Of a stretch of 51,428 nt of DNA, positions 19,998 to 29,273 are shown piece by piece. The notes under the pieces are model-generated. The model searched no databases and was not told the DNA's origin. It saw only the letters and a list, made by a program, of their open reading frames with translations. Position numbers and translations under genes: made by a program. The stretch covers positions 1 through 51,428 of the forward strand of contig JANPLU010000113.1 in assembly GCA_031422435.1 (NCBI GenBank), given 5' to 3'. The stretch is from Acaryochloridaceae cyanobacterium VAR_48_metabat_390 (GTDB lineage: Bacteria > Cyanobacteriota > Cyanobacteriia > Thermosynechococcales > Thermosynechococcaceae). Position 1 is the stretch's first letter; each line of letters begins with the position of its first letter.

Positions 19998-20111
19998 GTG
20001 GTAGAACCATTGTTGTCTGGAATTGTATTGGGTCTAATCCCTATTACGCTAGCAGGGCTGTTCGTCGCTGCATATCTACAGTACAAGCGCGGAAATGAGC
20101 TAGAACTCTAA
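19998..20111 (+). CDS. petG: Cytochrome b6f subunit V (37 aa, below ORF-track cutoff)
   Basis: Hand translation [40 protein letters not shown] start after AAGGAG. Confidence 0.97.
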   Translation: MVEPLLSGIVLGLIPITLAGLFVAAYLQYKRGNELEL

Positions 20112-20152
20112 GATTTGCTAGGGGCGCAAGGGATGTGCGCCCCTAGCAAATC
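20112..20152. terminator. Hairpin terminator between convergent petG and dusB
   Basis: 17-bp perfect inverted repeat GATTTGCTAGGGGCGCA / TGCGCCCCTAGCAAATC. Confidence 0.8.
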
Positions 20153-20175
20153 AGTGGCATCTTGCTTTAGTCAAT

Positions 20176-21183
20176 CTACATTTCATCAATGACCTGATCT
20201 ATCAGCGTCACACCCTCTTTAACAGAATTGATCAAACAAAGCTGATTTCGCAGATCCGCTGCGCCTACAAATCCCTTTGCATACCAAGTCATATGCTTTC
20301 GCGCCTGCTGAATGCCCTTATTACCTTTGTACTCAAATAGTGCCCGAAGATGTTCCTTGGCACATTCCAATCGTTCAACGACTGTAGGTTTAGGTCTATA
20401 GGTTCCCGTTTTGAGATAGTGGTCAATCTCCCCCACTAAAAACGGATAGCCTAAAGTACCGCGAGAACACATCACCCCATCGGCTCCTGTCTGAGTCAGA
20501 CACGCTACGGCAGACTCGACCGAGACAATATCACCATTAGCAATCACTGGAATCGTCAGCTTTTCTTTTACTCTGGCAATCCACTCCCACCGCGCTGCCC
20601 CTGTATAGCCTTGGGCACGAGTACGAGCATGTACCGTAATCATTTGGGCACCTGCATCCTGCATCCGCTGGGCAAAGTCGAGAATGTTAATCTCGTCATC
20701 ATCCCAACCAATACGGGTTTTGACCGTCACAGGCACAGAAACAGCCTCAACCACCGCCCGCACAATCGCCTCTGCCGTCTTTGGGTCACGCAGAAGCGAA
20801 GAACCACCCCCCTTTTTTGTGATTTTGTTAACCGGACAGCCCATGTTGATATCAACCGTATCGGCTCCTTCCGCAACAGCGTACTGAGCGGCCTCTGCCA
20901 AAAAGTGAGGGCGACAGTCAAAGAGCTGAATGCTGATCGGCTGCTCGTTGGGGTCAATTTCCATAAGCTTTGGCAGTTCACGAACGTGACACACCTGAGA
21001 GGCGTGAACCATCTCGGTATACAGCATCGACTCTGACGCAAACTGTCGCACCAACCGTCGAAACACCAAATCTGTCACGCCAGATAAGGGCGACTGTAAA
21101 ACGCGGCTATTAACCACGACATCTCCAATTTGGAGCGGTGTGTTAAGTCGCGTCAGTTGAGGCAGGGTTAAAGCGTCTGCCAT
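20176..21183 (-). CDS. dusB: tRNA dihydrouridine synthase DusB
   Basis: PLSGVTD, DINMGCP, PVTVKTRIGW, VHARTR, ANGDI motifs. Confidence 0.93.
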   Translation of the reverse strand: MADALTLPQLTRLNTPLQIGDVVVNSRVLQSPLSGVTDLVFRRLVRQFASESMLYTEMVHASQVCHVRELPKLMEIDPNEQPISIQLFDCRPHFLAEAAQYAVAEGADTVDINMGCPVNKITKKGGGSSLLRDPKTAEAIVRAVVEAVSVPVTVKTRIGWDDDEINILDFAQRMQDAGAQMITVHARTRAQGYTGAARWEWIARVKEKLTIPVIANGDIVSVESAVACLTQTGADGVMCSRGTLGYPFLVGEIDHYLKTGTYRPKPTVVERLECAKEHLRALFEYKGNKGIQQARKHMTWYAKGFVGAADLRNQLCLINSVKEGVTLIDQVIDEM

Positions 21184-21257
21184 CTTGTTAAAAAATCCTA
21201 AATTTGAGTATCTTTAGAATAGTAGGTAAGCTCACTCCTAGAGCATGGTCTTTGTTG

Positions 21258-22085
21258 CTATCGGTTAGAGGTTTTAGCAACAATGTGATCGCAGTACCAA
21301 TGAAATGCAGGCGCAATCAAGCTGTGCAGTCTGGCAAGTAAGGTCATTTCTAAACCAGGCGTAATCATAAATTTCTTTTGCCCAATCCCACAGATAATCG
21401 CATCTGCTACAGCTTCTGCCGTCCAAGTTTTAGCCGTTGCTGTAATCCTCTGCGTCGCCAAAGGCTTTGTGAGGTTTTCTGCTTCAAGTTGCGGGGTATC
21501 GGTATCCGGCGGATAAGCGATCGCCACACAAATACCCATAGGTTTCAGCTCACCCCGTAAAGATTCCGCCAGCCCCCGCAAAGCAAACTTAGAAGGGCTA
21601 TAGGGCGTATAGCCATAAAGCCCCACCAAACCCGCCCCAGAAGAAATCAATACAATACTGCCCTTGCGTGTAGACTTCTCCATCGCAGGCAATACCGCCC
21701 GAATGCTGTACAGTGTCCCAAAATAGTTGGTCGCCATCGTCTGCTCAAACACCGACAGCGGCAACTCTCTAAAATGCCCTGGATACGCAATACCCGCAGA
21801 CGTGATCAGTAAATCTGGGGAGCCAATTTGGGCGATCGCCATTTCAATCGCAGCCGTCACCTCAAGCAAACAGGCGACATCCGCTGTCAATGCCAGAACC
21901 TTTTGCCCTAATATGGTTTGCGCTGCCTCAACTTCAGCTTTAGCCGTTTCTAACCGTGAAGCAGTACGGGCAATGATGGTGATATGGGCACCCGCTTGCG
22001 ACAGTTTAAGGGCGATCGCCTTACCAATGCCGCTAGAGCCGCCTGTAATAATGACGTGCTGATATTCAAACGACATGGAAATCAT
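21258..22085 (-). CDS. SDR oxidoreductase, 3-ketodihydrosphingosine reductase (KDSR)-like
   Basis: TGGSSGIG, YSPSK catalytic motif, YPPDTDTP..EAENLTKP motif characteristic of the KDSR-like subfamily. Confidence 0.8.
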   Translation of the reverse strand: MISMSFEYQHVIITGGSSGIGKAIALKLSQAGAHITIIARTASRLETAKAEVEAAQTILGQKVLALTADVACLLEVTAAIEMAIAQIGSPDLLITSAGIAYPGHFRELPLSVFEQTMATNYFGTLYSIRAVLPAMEKSTRKGSIVLISSGAGLVGLYGYTPYSPSKFALRGLAESLRGELKPMGICVAIAYPPDTDTPQLEAENLTKPLATQRITATAKTWTAEAVADAIICGIGQKKFMITPGLEMTLLARLHSLIAPAFHWYCDHIVAKTSNR

Positions 22086-22261
22086 CCACTAAACCAAGGA
22101 TAAAAACGACCTCATACCCTAAATACCAGACCCATCTATCTAAAAAGCTCCCGAACGAATCAGCTTTCCATGAGAATAGACCAGAATCTCTTTATCTGTC
22201 GTCACTAGAGGCCAGTCACAAGTTCGCCTTCATCGAAAGTTCTTGCGCGTTTGCTAATCCC

Positions 22262-22475
22262 ACGTGAGTTCGATTCCTTATTGAATCGGTCAATGACCCA
22301 CTCAGAAATATCTGTCATGTTGACCCTACACGTTATCGCAGTCGGTTCAACTTCTGGCGCATCTATTTGCAGGATTGATCGCCTATTCCCATAAGCCCAA
22401 GAAGCCTGCTTTAGACCTTCATGACGGAGGGTTAGCTGCTCTCCCCCAAGTTATTTTTTGGCGTCGAACTCACGT
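22262..22475. mobile_element. Putative MITE or internally deleted IS relic (214 bp)
   Basis: 12-bp perfect terminal inverted repeats ACGTGAGTTCGA (22262-22273) and TCGAACTCACGT (22464-22475); no transposase, no clear target-site duplication. Confidence 0.5.
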
Positions 22476-22503
22476 TCTCATTAATAGAGAAAAATATTAA
22501 CAC

Positions 22504-22549
22504 ATCAAGTGCCTGAAAGCTCTGATTAAAAAGCTTTCAGGCACTTGAT
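22504..22549. terminator. Strong hairpin, terminator-like
   Basis: 18-bp perfect inverted repeat ATCAAGTGCCTGAAAGCT / AGCTTTCAGGCACTTGAT with + strand T-tract. Confidence 0.65.
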
Positions 22550-22697
22550 TTTTCATGTTCGTCACGTCGGCGACATCAATGTCAGAGCCTAAATATTTAG
22601 TTGGCGCCATCTCTGTCGCGCTTAACGACATCGGTGTCGCCACTTTTTACAGCCCCAAAATTTAGTCACACTACTGGTGCCGACGGCTGAAACGTAA

Positions 22698-22768
22698 AGG
22701 CGGCACCCAGATTCGAACTGGGGGTAAGGGCTTTGCAGGCCCCTGCCTTACCACTTGGCCATGCCGCC
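22698..22768 (-). tRNA. tRNA-Cys(GCA)
   Basis: Reverse complement GGCGGCATGGCCAAGTGGTAAGGCAGGGGCCTGCAAAGCCCTTACCCCCAGTTCGAATCTGGGTGCCGCCT folds to a cloverleaf, anticodon GCA, discriminator U; CCA not encoded. Confidence 0.97.
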
Positions 22769-22919
22769 AGAGATTTTGCTTTAGCAGCTTCATATCATCT
22801 CACGCCCATAGACAATAAATCAAGCAATGCCAATTCAAAATATGTCTGTCTTGTTTGCAGCGCGTCCTAGGTTTGATAGAGAATGGCAGCAAATCAAATC
22901 TTTGCGCCTAGGAGCCGAG

Positions 22920-24041
22920 ATGGAACTGGCAACCACTTTAACGACCCAAACTGTTCGCAATGCAGTTCGAGAGGTGGGGATTAACCCCAATTACTGGTAT
23001 GCGGTGGGTTGGTCAGACGCTCTGAAGCCAGGAGCTGTAACAGCAGTTACACTTTGGAAGCAGGCGATCGCCCTCTATCGCGCCATAGACGGTCAACTTT
23101 TCGCCCTAGAAGATGCCTGCCCCCATCGGGGTATTGCGCTCCATAAAGGGCGGGTGCAGGGCTGTACCTTGGCCTGTGCCTACCACGGCTGGGAATTTGA
23201 TGGAACGGGCGCGTGTGTCAATATCCCTTATGTTCCATCGGTTCAAAAGCTACCCCCTGCCCAGGCGCGCAGCTATCCCGTGCAGGAAAAATATGGGGTA
23301 ATGTGGATATTTCCAGGGGACGCGGCTTTGGCTGAAACCACTCCGCTCATCGACATTCCCGAATTTGGGAATGAGAACCTGCTGATGATTCCTATCACAG
23401 GGCACTTTAAGGCGCATTTTTCCATTTGCAATGAAAACGCAATGGACGTGTTTCATGGGTTTCTGCATGAGGAGCTTCAGGGGTGGTTTGACCCAGTGTT
23501 AATTCACCTCAAAGAAACTGAAGATGCGGTGTTAGCGGCCTACAACGTTTCCTATAAAGGCCAGATGGCAAAGTTTTTAGGGCTGAGTAAAGATGCACAC
23601 TCCGTTACGACGCTGCCCATTGCTATTGAGTATCGCTACCCCAACTACTTCACGTCGCTGGAGGGGATTTCGTCGCTGTATTTAATGCGATCGCCCGTTG
23701 GCCCTCAAGAAAGCCGATCCTTTGCTCTATTTTTCTTTCGGGTGCAGTTGCCGTCATGGCTGCTCAAGCTAGTGCGGCCTGTATTGGTTCCCGTACTGCA
23801 ACGCTTTGTGCTCAATCGGTTTTTAGCTCAAGACGTAGAGATGATGGAAAGTGAACAGCGCACCTACACTGAAAACCCAACTCGCCGCTATTTAGAAATT
23901 AACCCCGCAATTATCGCGCTTCAGCGATTTACCCTGCGGCAGTATGAGAAATATGCCGCGCAGTCTATCCAGCCAGCTAGCGCAGAATCTGTGCCATCAT
24001 CTGTTTTGCCTGGGCACCATAGCCACCCCCAAACAGATTGA
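22920..24041 (+). CDS. Rieske non-heme iron oxygenase alpha subunit
   Basis: CPHRG...CAYHGW Rieske motif and ENAMDVFHGFLH mononuclear iron motif; AGGAG RBS before ATG 22920. Confidence 0.9.
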   Translation: MELATTLTTQTVRNAVREVGINPNYWYAVGWSDALKPGAVTAVTLWKQAIALYRAIDGQLFALEDACPHRGIALHKGRVQGCTLACAYHGWEFDGTGACVNIPYVPSVQKLPPAQARSYPVQEKYGVMWIFPGDAALAETTPLIDIPEFGNENLLMIPITGHFKAHFSICNENAMDVFHGFLHEELQGWFDPVLIHLKETEDAVLAAYNVSYKGQMAKFLGLSKDAHSVTTLPIAIEYRYPNYFTSLEGISSLYLMRSPVGPQESRSFALFFFRVQLPSWLLKLVRPVLVPVLQRFVLNRFLAQDVEMMESEQRTYTENPTRRYLEINPAIIALQRFTLRQYEKYAAQSIQPASAESVPSSVLPGHHSHPQTD

Positions 24042-24852
24042 AATGATTGAGGATGTGGTAAAGGTTGTACAAAACCTTGCGCTGTTTATAGCCCGCATCC
24101 AGAGGCCAAACCGCTTGATATCCCTCATAAAAGCTGCTGGGGAATCCGCCAAACAGTTCCGTCATGGCAATATCTACCTCGCGATCACCCCAGTACACCG
24201 CCGGATCAAAGATTGTAGGCTCTCCACCTGCGCTAAACCCAACATTGCCAGACCAAAGATCCCCGTGTACCAGGGAAGGGACTGGACGATGCCCTAATCG
24301 GTCAGGAATTGCGGCAAGGAGCTGTGGTGAGTGCGAAAAGCTGACTCCTCGACGCTGAGCCAACTGAAGCTGATAGCCAATTCTAGATTCAGCAAAGAAC
24401 GTTGCCCAGTCCGTCACCCAAGGATTCGGCTGGGGCGTACTGCCAATGGCGTTATTTTGATCCCAGCCAAACCCTTGGGAATGAGGAGCAGCGGTGCGGT
24501 GCAGATGGGCAAGTTGACAACCCAAATCAGCCCACCCTAAAGCACTGCCGCCGTCATCCCCCACCAGCTCGAGCCATTCGAGAATAATGTAGCTGCGACT
24601 GTCAGCAGTCCCGCAGCCCATGACCTGAGGCACACGAAGGCCTTGAGATGCCGCCAAAGCCTGAAGCCCCAAGGCTTCAGCCTCAAACATCCCTATTTTG
24701 CTGGCCTGGTTGAGTTTTACAAAATAGTGGCGTTGACAGTCACGAATGTGAAAGGCTTCATTGATGCTGCCGCCGCTCACTGAACGGCGATCGTCTACAC
24801 AAAAAGGAATCCCCGTCACACTCTGAATATGATTTCCAATGGTATCCCACAT
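23977..24852 (-). CDS. Fructosamine kinase family protein
   Basis: GGSINEA, FEAEALGL, LVHGDLWSGN, FDPAVYWGDREVDIAM, HFNLFGGGY. Confidence 0.93.
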   Translation of the reverse strand: MWDTIGNHIQSVTGIPFCVDDRRSVSGGSINEAFHIRDCQRHYFVKLNQASKIGMFEAEALGLQALAASQGLRVPQVMGCGTADSRSYIILEWLELVGDDGGSALGWADLGCQLAHLHRTAAPHSQGFGWDQNNAIGSTPQPNPWVTDWATFFAESRIGYQLQLAQRRGVSFSHSPQLLAAIPDRLGHRPVPSLVHGDLWSGNVGFSAGGEPTIFDPAVYWGDREVDIAMTELFGGFPSSFYEGYQAVWPLDAGYKQRKVLYNLYHILNHFNLFGGGYGAQAKQMMAQILR

Positions 24853-25002
24853 CGTTCAATACTGCTCAATAGAGCCAAACTGCATTAAAAAGGCTGTGAT
24901 AGATGGCTCAAATTTGCCACGCATCACAGCCTCCAACAGACGATCTAAACCTTAGCCGTCGGCTTGGCCGACAGATGCTACTGACCCGATCTTAAACTTC
25001 AT

Positions 25003-25233
25003 TTAGTCTTCATACAGCCGACATTCTGCAGCGTCTGGATTGTCATCGCAGTACTGCTGTAGAGACGTTTTGTGTCCGTCATCTGCCTTAGCACGTCGGT
25101 GTGCAGCCTCTGAGGACAGCTCTTCGAGTTCCTCGTAAGCAAGGGCGCACTCACTAGAGTCAGAGCCTTCCGTGGCGCAAACTTCACGAGCCTGCAACCT
25201 CACCGCATCGATTTTGTTTTGAATATCACTCAT
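25003..25233 (-). CDS. cp12: Calvin cycle regulator CP12
   Basis: N-terminal Cys pair (C...SSEC) and C-terminal YCDDNPDAAECRLYED. Confidence 0.92.
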   Translation of the reverse strand: MSDIQNKIDAVRLQAREVCATEGSDSSECALAYEELEELSSEAAHRRAKADDGHKTSLQQYCDDNPDAAECRLYED

Positions 25234-25612
25234 GTTTTTTGATTCTCAACAACTGCCGCTAACCTGAACTTAACGCTAACACTGGAAGTGAAGTCTAGCT
25301 CAACTTTGCGCTAAACGGTTTCATCTGCTTTTTATTTTAGCTTGACATCGGTGGTGTCGTAGATCACTGCATCGCCGCACTCTTAAAATTATGGTGACGA
25401 AGGTGAGGCCTTTCTAAAGTTGCCGACCTGTTCGTCAAAAAGCAAATTTCCTTTGCACCTTACCCATACGCTGACCTTTGTAATTTTTAAAATGGCAACG
25501 AATTACAAAAAAAGCGGCGACATTTCAAGAACCCAGGCTAGATTGTGAGCGGGAATACCGTTATGGAGAAATTGGGTCAGTATACTAAGTTTCAAATGAG
25601 AGGAAACGAGAG

Positions 25613-25762
25613 ATGTCTAAAATTTGTGACGATATCAATCAAACTGATCAAATGCGTTTCTGGGTTAGTGAGCTGACTGCCCTTTCTCCCAAGCAAGTTG
25701 ATTCTGTATTAGAAGTTCTTAAAACTCGCAACTCTAGACCCCCAGAGCGGTTAGCTGCTTAA
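25613..25762 (+). CDS. Unannotated small protein (49 aa)
   Basis: MSKICDDINQTDQMRFWVSELTALSPKQVDSVLEVLKTRNSRPPERLAA; GAGAGGA RBS and TATACT -10 box at 25581-25586. Confidence 0.55.
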   Translation: MSKICDDINQTDQMRFWVSELTALSPKQVDSVLEVLKTRNSRPPERLAA

Positions 25763-25857
25763 GGTTAGAGTGCCTGCAAGGCTGCTGTGGCTCCGGTTAT
25801 TCAGAGACTTTGAAACTCTGTTAAACTGCGAAGGGCGTATCAAGGTTTTGTAACGTT

Positions 25858-26958
25858 TTGGGCAAGTCGGTATTGCAAAAGCCCCTAAGGCTTTTGTTTG
25901 TGTCTACCTCGGTAGGTATTTTAGGGTCTGGCGATGGTGGTGGTGTAGAGCTTACGCTCCTTAACACTGCAAAATTATTGGTGAGCCGTGGACATTCTTT
26001 AGAGATAGCTGCGCCTAAAGGCTCACGGCTAGACGGCTTTACGGTAACGGAAATTGACGGAGCGCTTCAGATTCCGGCTCAAACTTTATCTCGCGCGGTG
26101 CCTGTGATCATGCCCACGGATTCGGTACTGGGCAACCTGTGGGACTACGTGCGGCAGGTGCAGGGACAGTTTGACCTTATTATAAATTTTGCCTACGACT
26201 GGTTGCCGTTTTATTTGACCCCTTTCTTAACAACGCCCATTGCTCATCTCGTCAGTATGGGATCTCTGAGTGATGCAATGGATGATGTGATTGAGCGGAT
26301 TGCAGTTCAATATTCCCACTCCATTGGGGTCTATACCCGCACACAGGCCGAAACCTTTGCATTTGCAAACTGCTGCGTGCCCCTCGGGAGCGGCTTAGAC
26401 TTGTCGCGCTACAGCTTTTGCGAAGCGCCGGAGGCTGCCCTATGCTGGCTGGGGCGAATTTCTCCAGAGAAGGGTTTAGAAGATGCGGTAGCGGCCTCTC
26501 AATCCACGGGCATTCCCCTAAAGGTGATGGGGCAGATGCAGGATCAGGCGTATTTTCAGCAGATTCAGCAAGATTTTCCTAAGGCTCCTTTTGAATATTT
26601 GGGATTTCTCAATACGGATCAAATGCAAAGTACTGTACGTCGCTGTCGGGGGCTGCTGGTCACGTCTCGATGGGTAGAGGCGTTTGGCAATGTGCTCATT
26701 GAGGCGCTAGCCTGTGGGGTGCCCGTAATTTCTTACCGTCGCGGGGGGCCAGCCGAAATTGTGCGTAATGGCGAAACGGGTTGGCTGGTAGAGCCAGATA
26801 GCGTGGATGGTTTAGTTGCGGCAATTCAATCTTTAGATCAGATTGATCGTTGCGCCTGCCGTGAGCAGGCAGAACGAGAATTTTCGCTAGAGGCTTTGGG
26901 CGATCGCACCGAAGCTTGGTTTGATGCAGTGTTGAAATCTTGGCCGAGGGTTGGATAA
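25858..26958 (+). CDS. Glycosyltransferase family 4
   Basis: GSGDGGGVE, LGRISPEKG, EAFGNVLIEALACGVPV. Confidence 0.92.
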   Translation: MGKSVLQKPLRLLFVSTSVGILGSGDGGGVELTLLNTAKLLVSRGHSLEIAAPKGSRLDGFTVTEIDGALQIPAQTLSRAVPVIMPTDSVLGNLWDYVRQVQGQFDLIINFAYDWLPFYLTPFLTTPIAHLVSMGSLSDAMDDVIERIAVQYSHSIGVYTRTQAETFAFANCCVPLGSGLDLSRYSFCEAPEAALCWLGRISPEKGLEDAVAASQSTGIPLKVMGQMQDQAYFQQIQQDFPKAPFEYLGFLNTDQMQSTVRRCRGLLVTSRWVEAFGNVLIEALACGVPVISYRRGGPAEIVRNGETGWLVEPDSVDGLVAAIQSLDQIDRCACREQAEREFSLEALGDRTEAWFDAVLKSWPRVG

Positions 26959-28884
26959 ATGAGCGTTATTACACTGCGGTCTTTACACAAAGATTTTGGC
27001 ATTAAAGAAATCCTTAAAGATGCCAGCTTTAGCCTAGAGCCGATGGCGAAAGTTGGGATTATTGGCACCAATGGGTCTGGCAAATCGACGCTGCTCAAAA
27101 TGATGGCAGGAATTGAGCCGATCGACGGCGGCACCATTTGGGTAAATCCGAGCGTCAAGATTGTGTACTTGCCCCAGCAGCCTGACCTAGATGATGAGCG
27201 TACGGTTCTCGATCAGGTCTTTGCAGATAGCGGCGAACAGGCCGACCTCGTGCGCGAGTATGAGGTGCTTTCTGACAAACTTGCGCACGGACAAGGAGAT
27301 CTCGATCAGGTTTTGGCACGGCTGTCGGACGTGACCCATCGCATGGATGAGACTGGAGCCTGGGATCTCGAAACCAATGCCAAAATTATTTTGACACAGT
27401 TGGGCATTGAGGACTTTGAGGCTAAGATCGGCAGCCTCTCCGGCGGGTACCGCAAACGGATTGCCCTTGCCACGGCGCTGCTGTCTAGCCCAGATGTACT
27501 GCTGATGGATGAGCCGACCAACCACCTGGATGCCCTCTCGGTGGAATGGCTGCAAAGCTATCTCAAGCGCTTTCGTGGGGCACTGCTGCTGATTACCCAT
27601 GATCGCTATTTCCTCGACCAGGTCACAAACGGCATTGTAGAAATTGACCGCGCCGATCTCTACTCTTACGACGGCAATTATTCTTACTATCTAGAGAAAA
27701 AGGCGCTAGCAGAGGAATCTGCCGTCAGCACTCAGCGCAAGCACGCGGGTGTGCTGCGACGGGAGCTGGAATGGCTCAAGCGCGGACCAAAGGCGCGCAG
27801 CACAAAACAAAAGGCACGAATTGATCGCATCCGCGATATGCAGAACCAATCCTTTAAGCAGGTGCAGGGCAAGGTCGAAATTTCGACGGTGGGGCGACGG
27901 ATTGGTAAGAAGGTGATTGAGCTAAACCAGATCTCGAAAGGGTTTGACGGGCGATCGCTCATTCACAATTTCAGCTACGAATTTAGCCCTGAAGACCGCA
28001 TTGGCATCATTGGCCCCAACGGCGCGGGTAAATCTACCCTCATGAACATCATTACGGGTCTAATCCAGCCCGACGAAGGCACCGTTGAGATTGGCACCAC
28101 CATTGAGTTTGGCTACTTTGACCAGCACTCTGACGACCTTAGTCTTAACCCAACCCAGCGGGTGATTGACTACCTCAAAGACATTGCAGAACTCATCACC
28201 ACCTCCGATGGCTCGGTGATTACGGCCTCCCAAATGCTAGAGCGGTTTTTGTTTAGCCCCAATCAGCAGTATGCGCCCATTCAAATGCTGTCGGGGGGCG
28301 AAAAGCGGCGGCTGTTTTTACTCAAGGTGTTAATGGCGGCACCCAACGTTTTGATTTTGGATGAGCCGACCAACGACTTAGATGTACAAACCCTAGCGGT
28401 ACTCGAAGACTACCTCGAAGACTTTAATGGCTGCGTAATTGTGGTTTCCCATGATCGCTATTTTTTAGATCGCACGGTAGACACCATTTTTGCCTTTCAA
28501 ACAGACAGCACTTTACGCCAATATCCTGGCAACTACTCGGTTTACCTAGACTTCAAAAAAGCAGAAGAAAATGCGGCAGCGGCGCAAGAAAAGGCAAACG
28601 CCGAGCTTCGCAAAAATCCGCCCAAAGCGTCTGTAGCGCCTGAACCACAGGCTACATCTCCTCAGTCCGCTCGCAAAATGTCTTACAAAGAAAAGCGAGA
28701 GCTAGAGCAGCTCGAGACTCAAATTCCTGAAATGGAGGCAGAAAAGATAGCCCTTGAGAAAACCCTCTATGGCAAAGCGCCATCAGGCGACATAAAGCAG
28801 CTTTCAGATCAGTTTGCAGCGCTGGAGAAAAAAATTGAAGCCTCTACAGAGCGCTGGATGGAGCTGTCTGAATTAAAGTCCTAG
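26959..28884 (+). CDS. ABC-F family ATPase (Uup-like)
   Basis: Two ABC domains (GTNGSGKS, GPNGAGKS; DEPTNHLD, DEPTNDLD), no TM segments, C-terminal coiled coil KMSYKEKRELE...ERWMEL. Confidence 0.93.
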   Translation: MSVITLRSLHKDFGIKEILKDASFSLEPMAKVGIIGTNGSGKSTLLKMMAGIEPIDGGTIWVNPSVKIVYLPQQPDLDDERTVLDQVFADSGEQADLVREYEVLSDKLAHGQGDLDQVLARLSDVTHRMDETGAWDLETNAKIILTQLGIEDFEAKIGSLSGGYRKRIALATALLSSPDVLLMDEPTNHLDALSVEWLQSYLKRFRGALLLITHDRYFLDQVTNGIVEIDRADLYSYDGNYSYYLEKKALAEESAVSTQRKHAGVLRRELEWLKRGPKARSTKQKARIDRIRDMQNQSFKQVQGKVEISTVGRRIGKKVIELNQISKGFDGRSLIHNFSYEFSPEDRIGIIGPNGAGKSTLMNIITGLIQPDEGTVEIGTTIEFGYFDQHSDDLSLNPTQRVIDYLKDIAELITTSDGSVITASQMLERFLFSPNQQYAPIQMLSGGEKRRLFLLKVLMAAPNVLILDEPTNDLDVQTLAVLEDYLEDFNGCVIVVSHDRYFLDRTVDTIFAFQTDSTLRQYPGNYSVYLDFKKAEENAAAAQEKANAELRKNPPKASVAPEPQATSPQSARKMSYKEKRELEQLETQIPEMEAEKIALEKTLYGKAPSGDIKQLSDQFAALEKKIEASTERWMELSELKS

Positions 28885-28906
28885 AGTGTTCGATTGTAAA
28901 CTCAAG

Positions 28907-29140
28907 CTAGACCAGATTTTCCCTAAGGTACTTTAGATATAGATTTTCTACCTTCGTTCTTGCCCAAGGGGTTTTTCTAAGAAATTTTAAGCTCGACTTG
29001 ATACTTGGCTCATGGGTAAAGCATCTAATATCAATCATCTGTCCCATTTCAACCCAGCCATAATGCTCCATGAGTTGAGAGAGCATCATTTCCAACGTTG
29101 TTCCGTGTAAAGGATTGTTGAGCTGCTGCTTGTTCTCCAC
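28907..29140 (-). CDS. VF530/DUF2132 family small DNA-binding protein
   Basis: [39 protein letters not shown] start inferred. Confidence 0.9.
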   Translation of the reverse strand: MENKQQLNNPLHGTTLEMMLSQLMEHYGWVEMGQMIDIRCFTHEPSIKSSLKFLRKTPWARTKVENLYLKYLRENLV

Positions 29141-29206
29141 TTTGTTGCCCCACAAAAATGCTTTGGATTTAAATCTACAGCACCACAGCCATGCCAAAGC
29201 AACCGT

Positions 29207-29254
29207 TTAACGCTTAGGGGCTTGTGTGTGTAATCACAAGCCCCTAAGCGTTAA
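29207..29254 (-). terminator. Hairpin after the S41 protease gene
   Basis: 20-bp perfect inverted repeat TTAACGCTTAGGGGCTTGTG / CACAAGCCCCTAAGCGTTAA. Confidence 0.75.
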
Positions 29255-29273
29255 TAAAGCCGTTAATTCAGAC

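Noticed and set aside
23977..24041. 65-bp convergent overlap of the Rieske and fructosamine kinase genes (also 4-bp overlaps at 14775-14778 and 37480-37483)
   Set aside because: The overlap covers a low-complexity C-terminal tail; short convergent overlaps are common in compact genomes.
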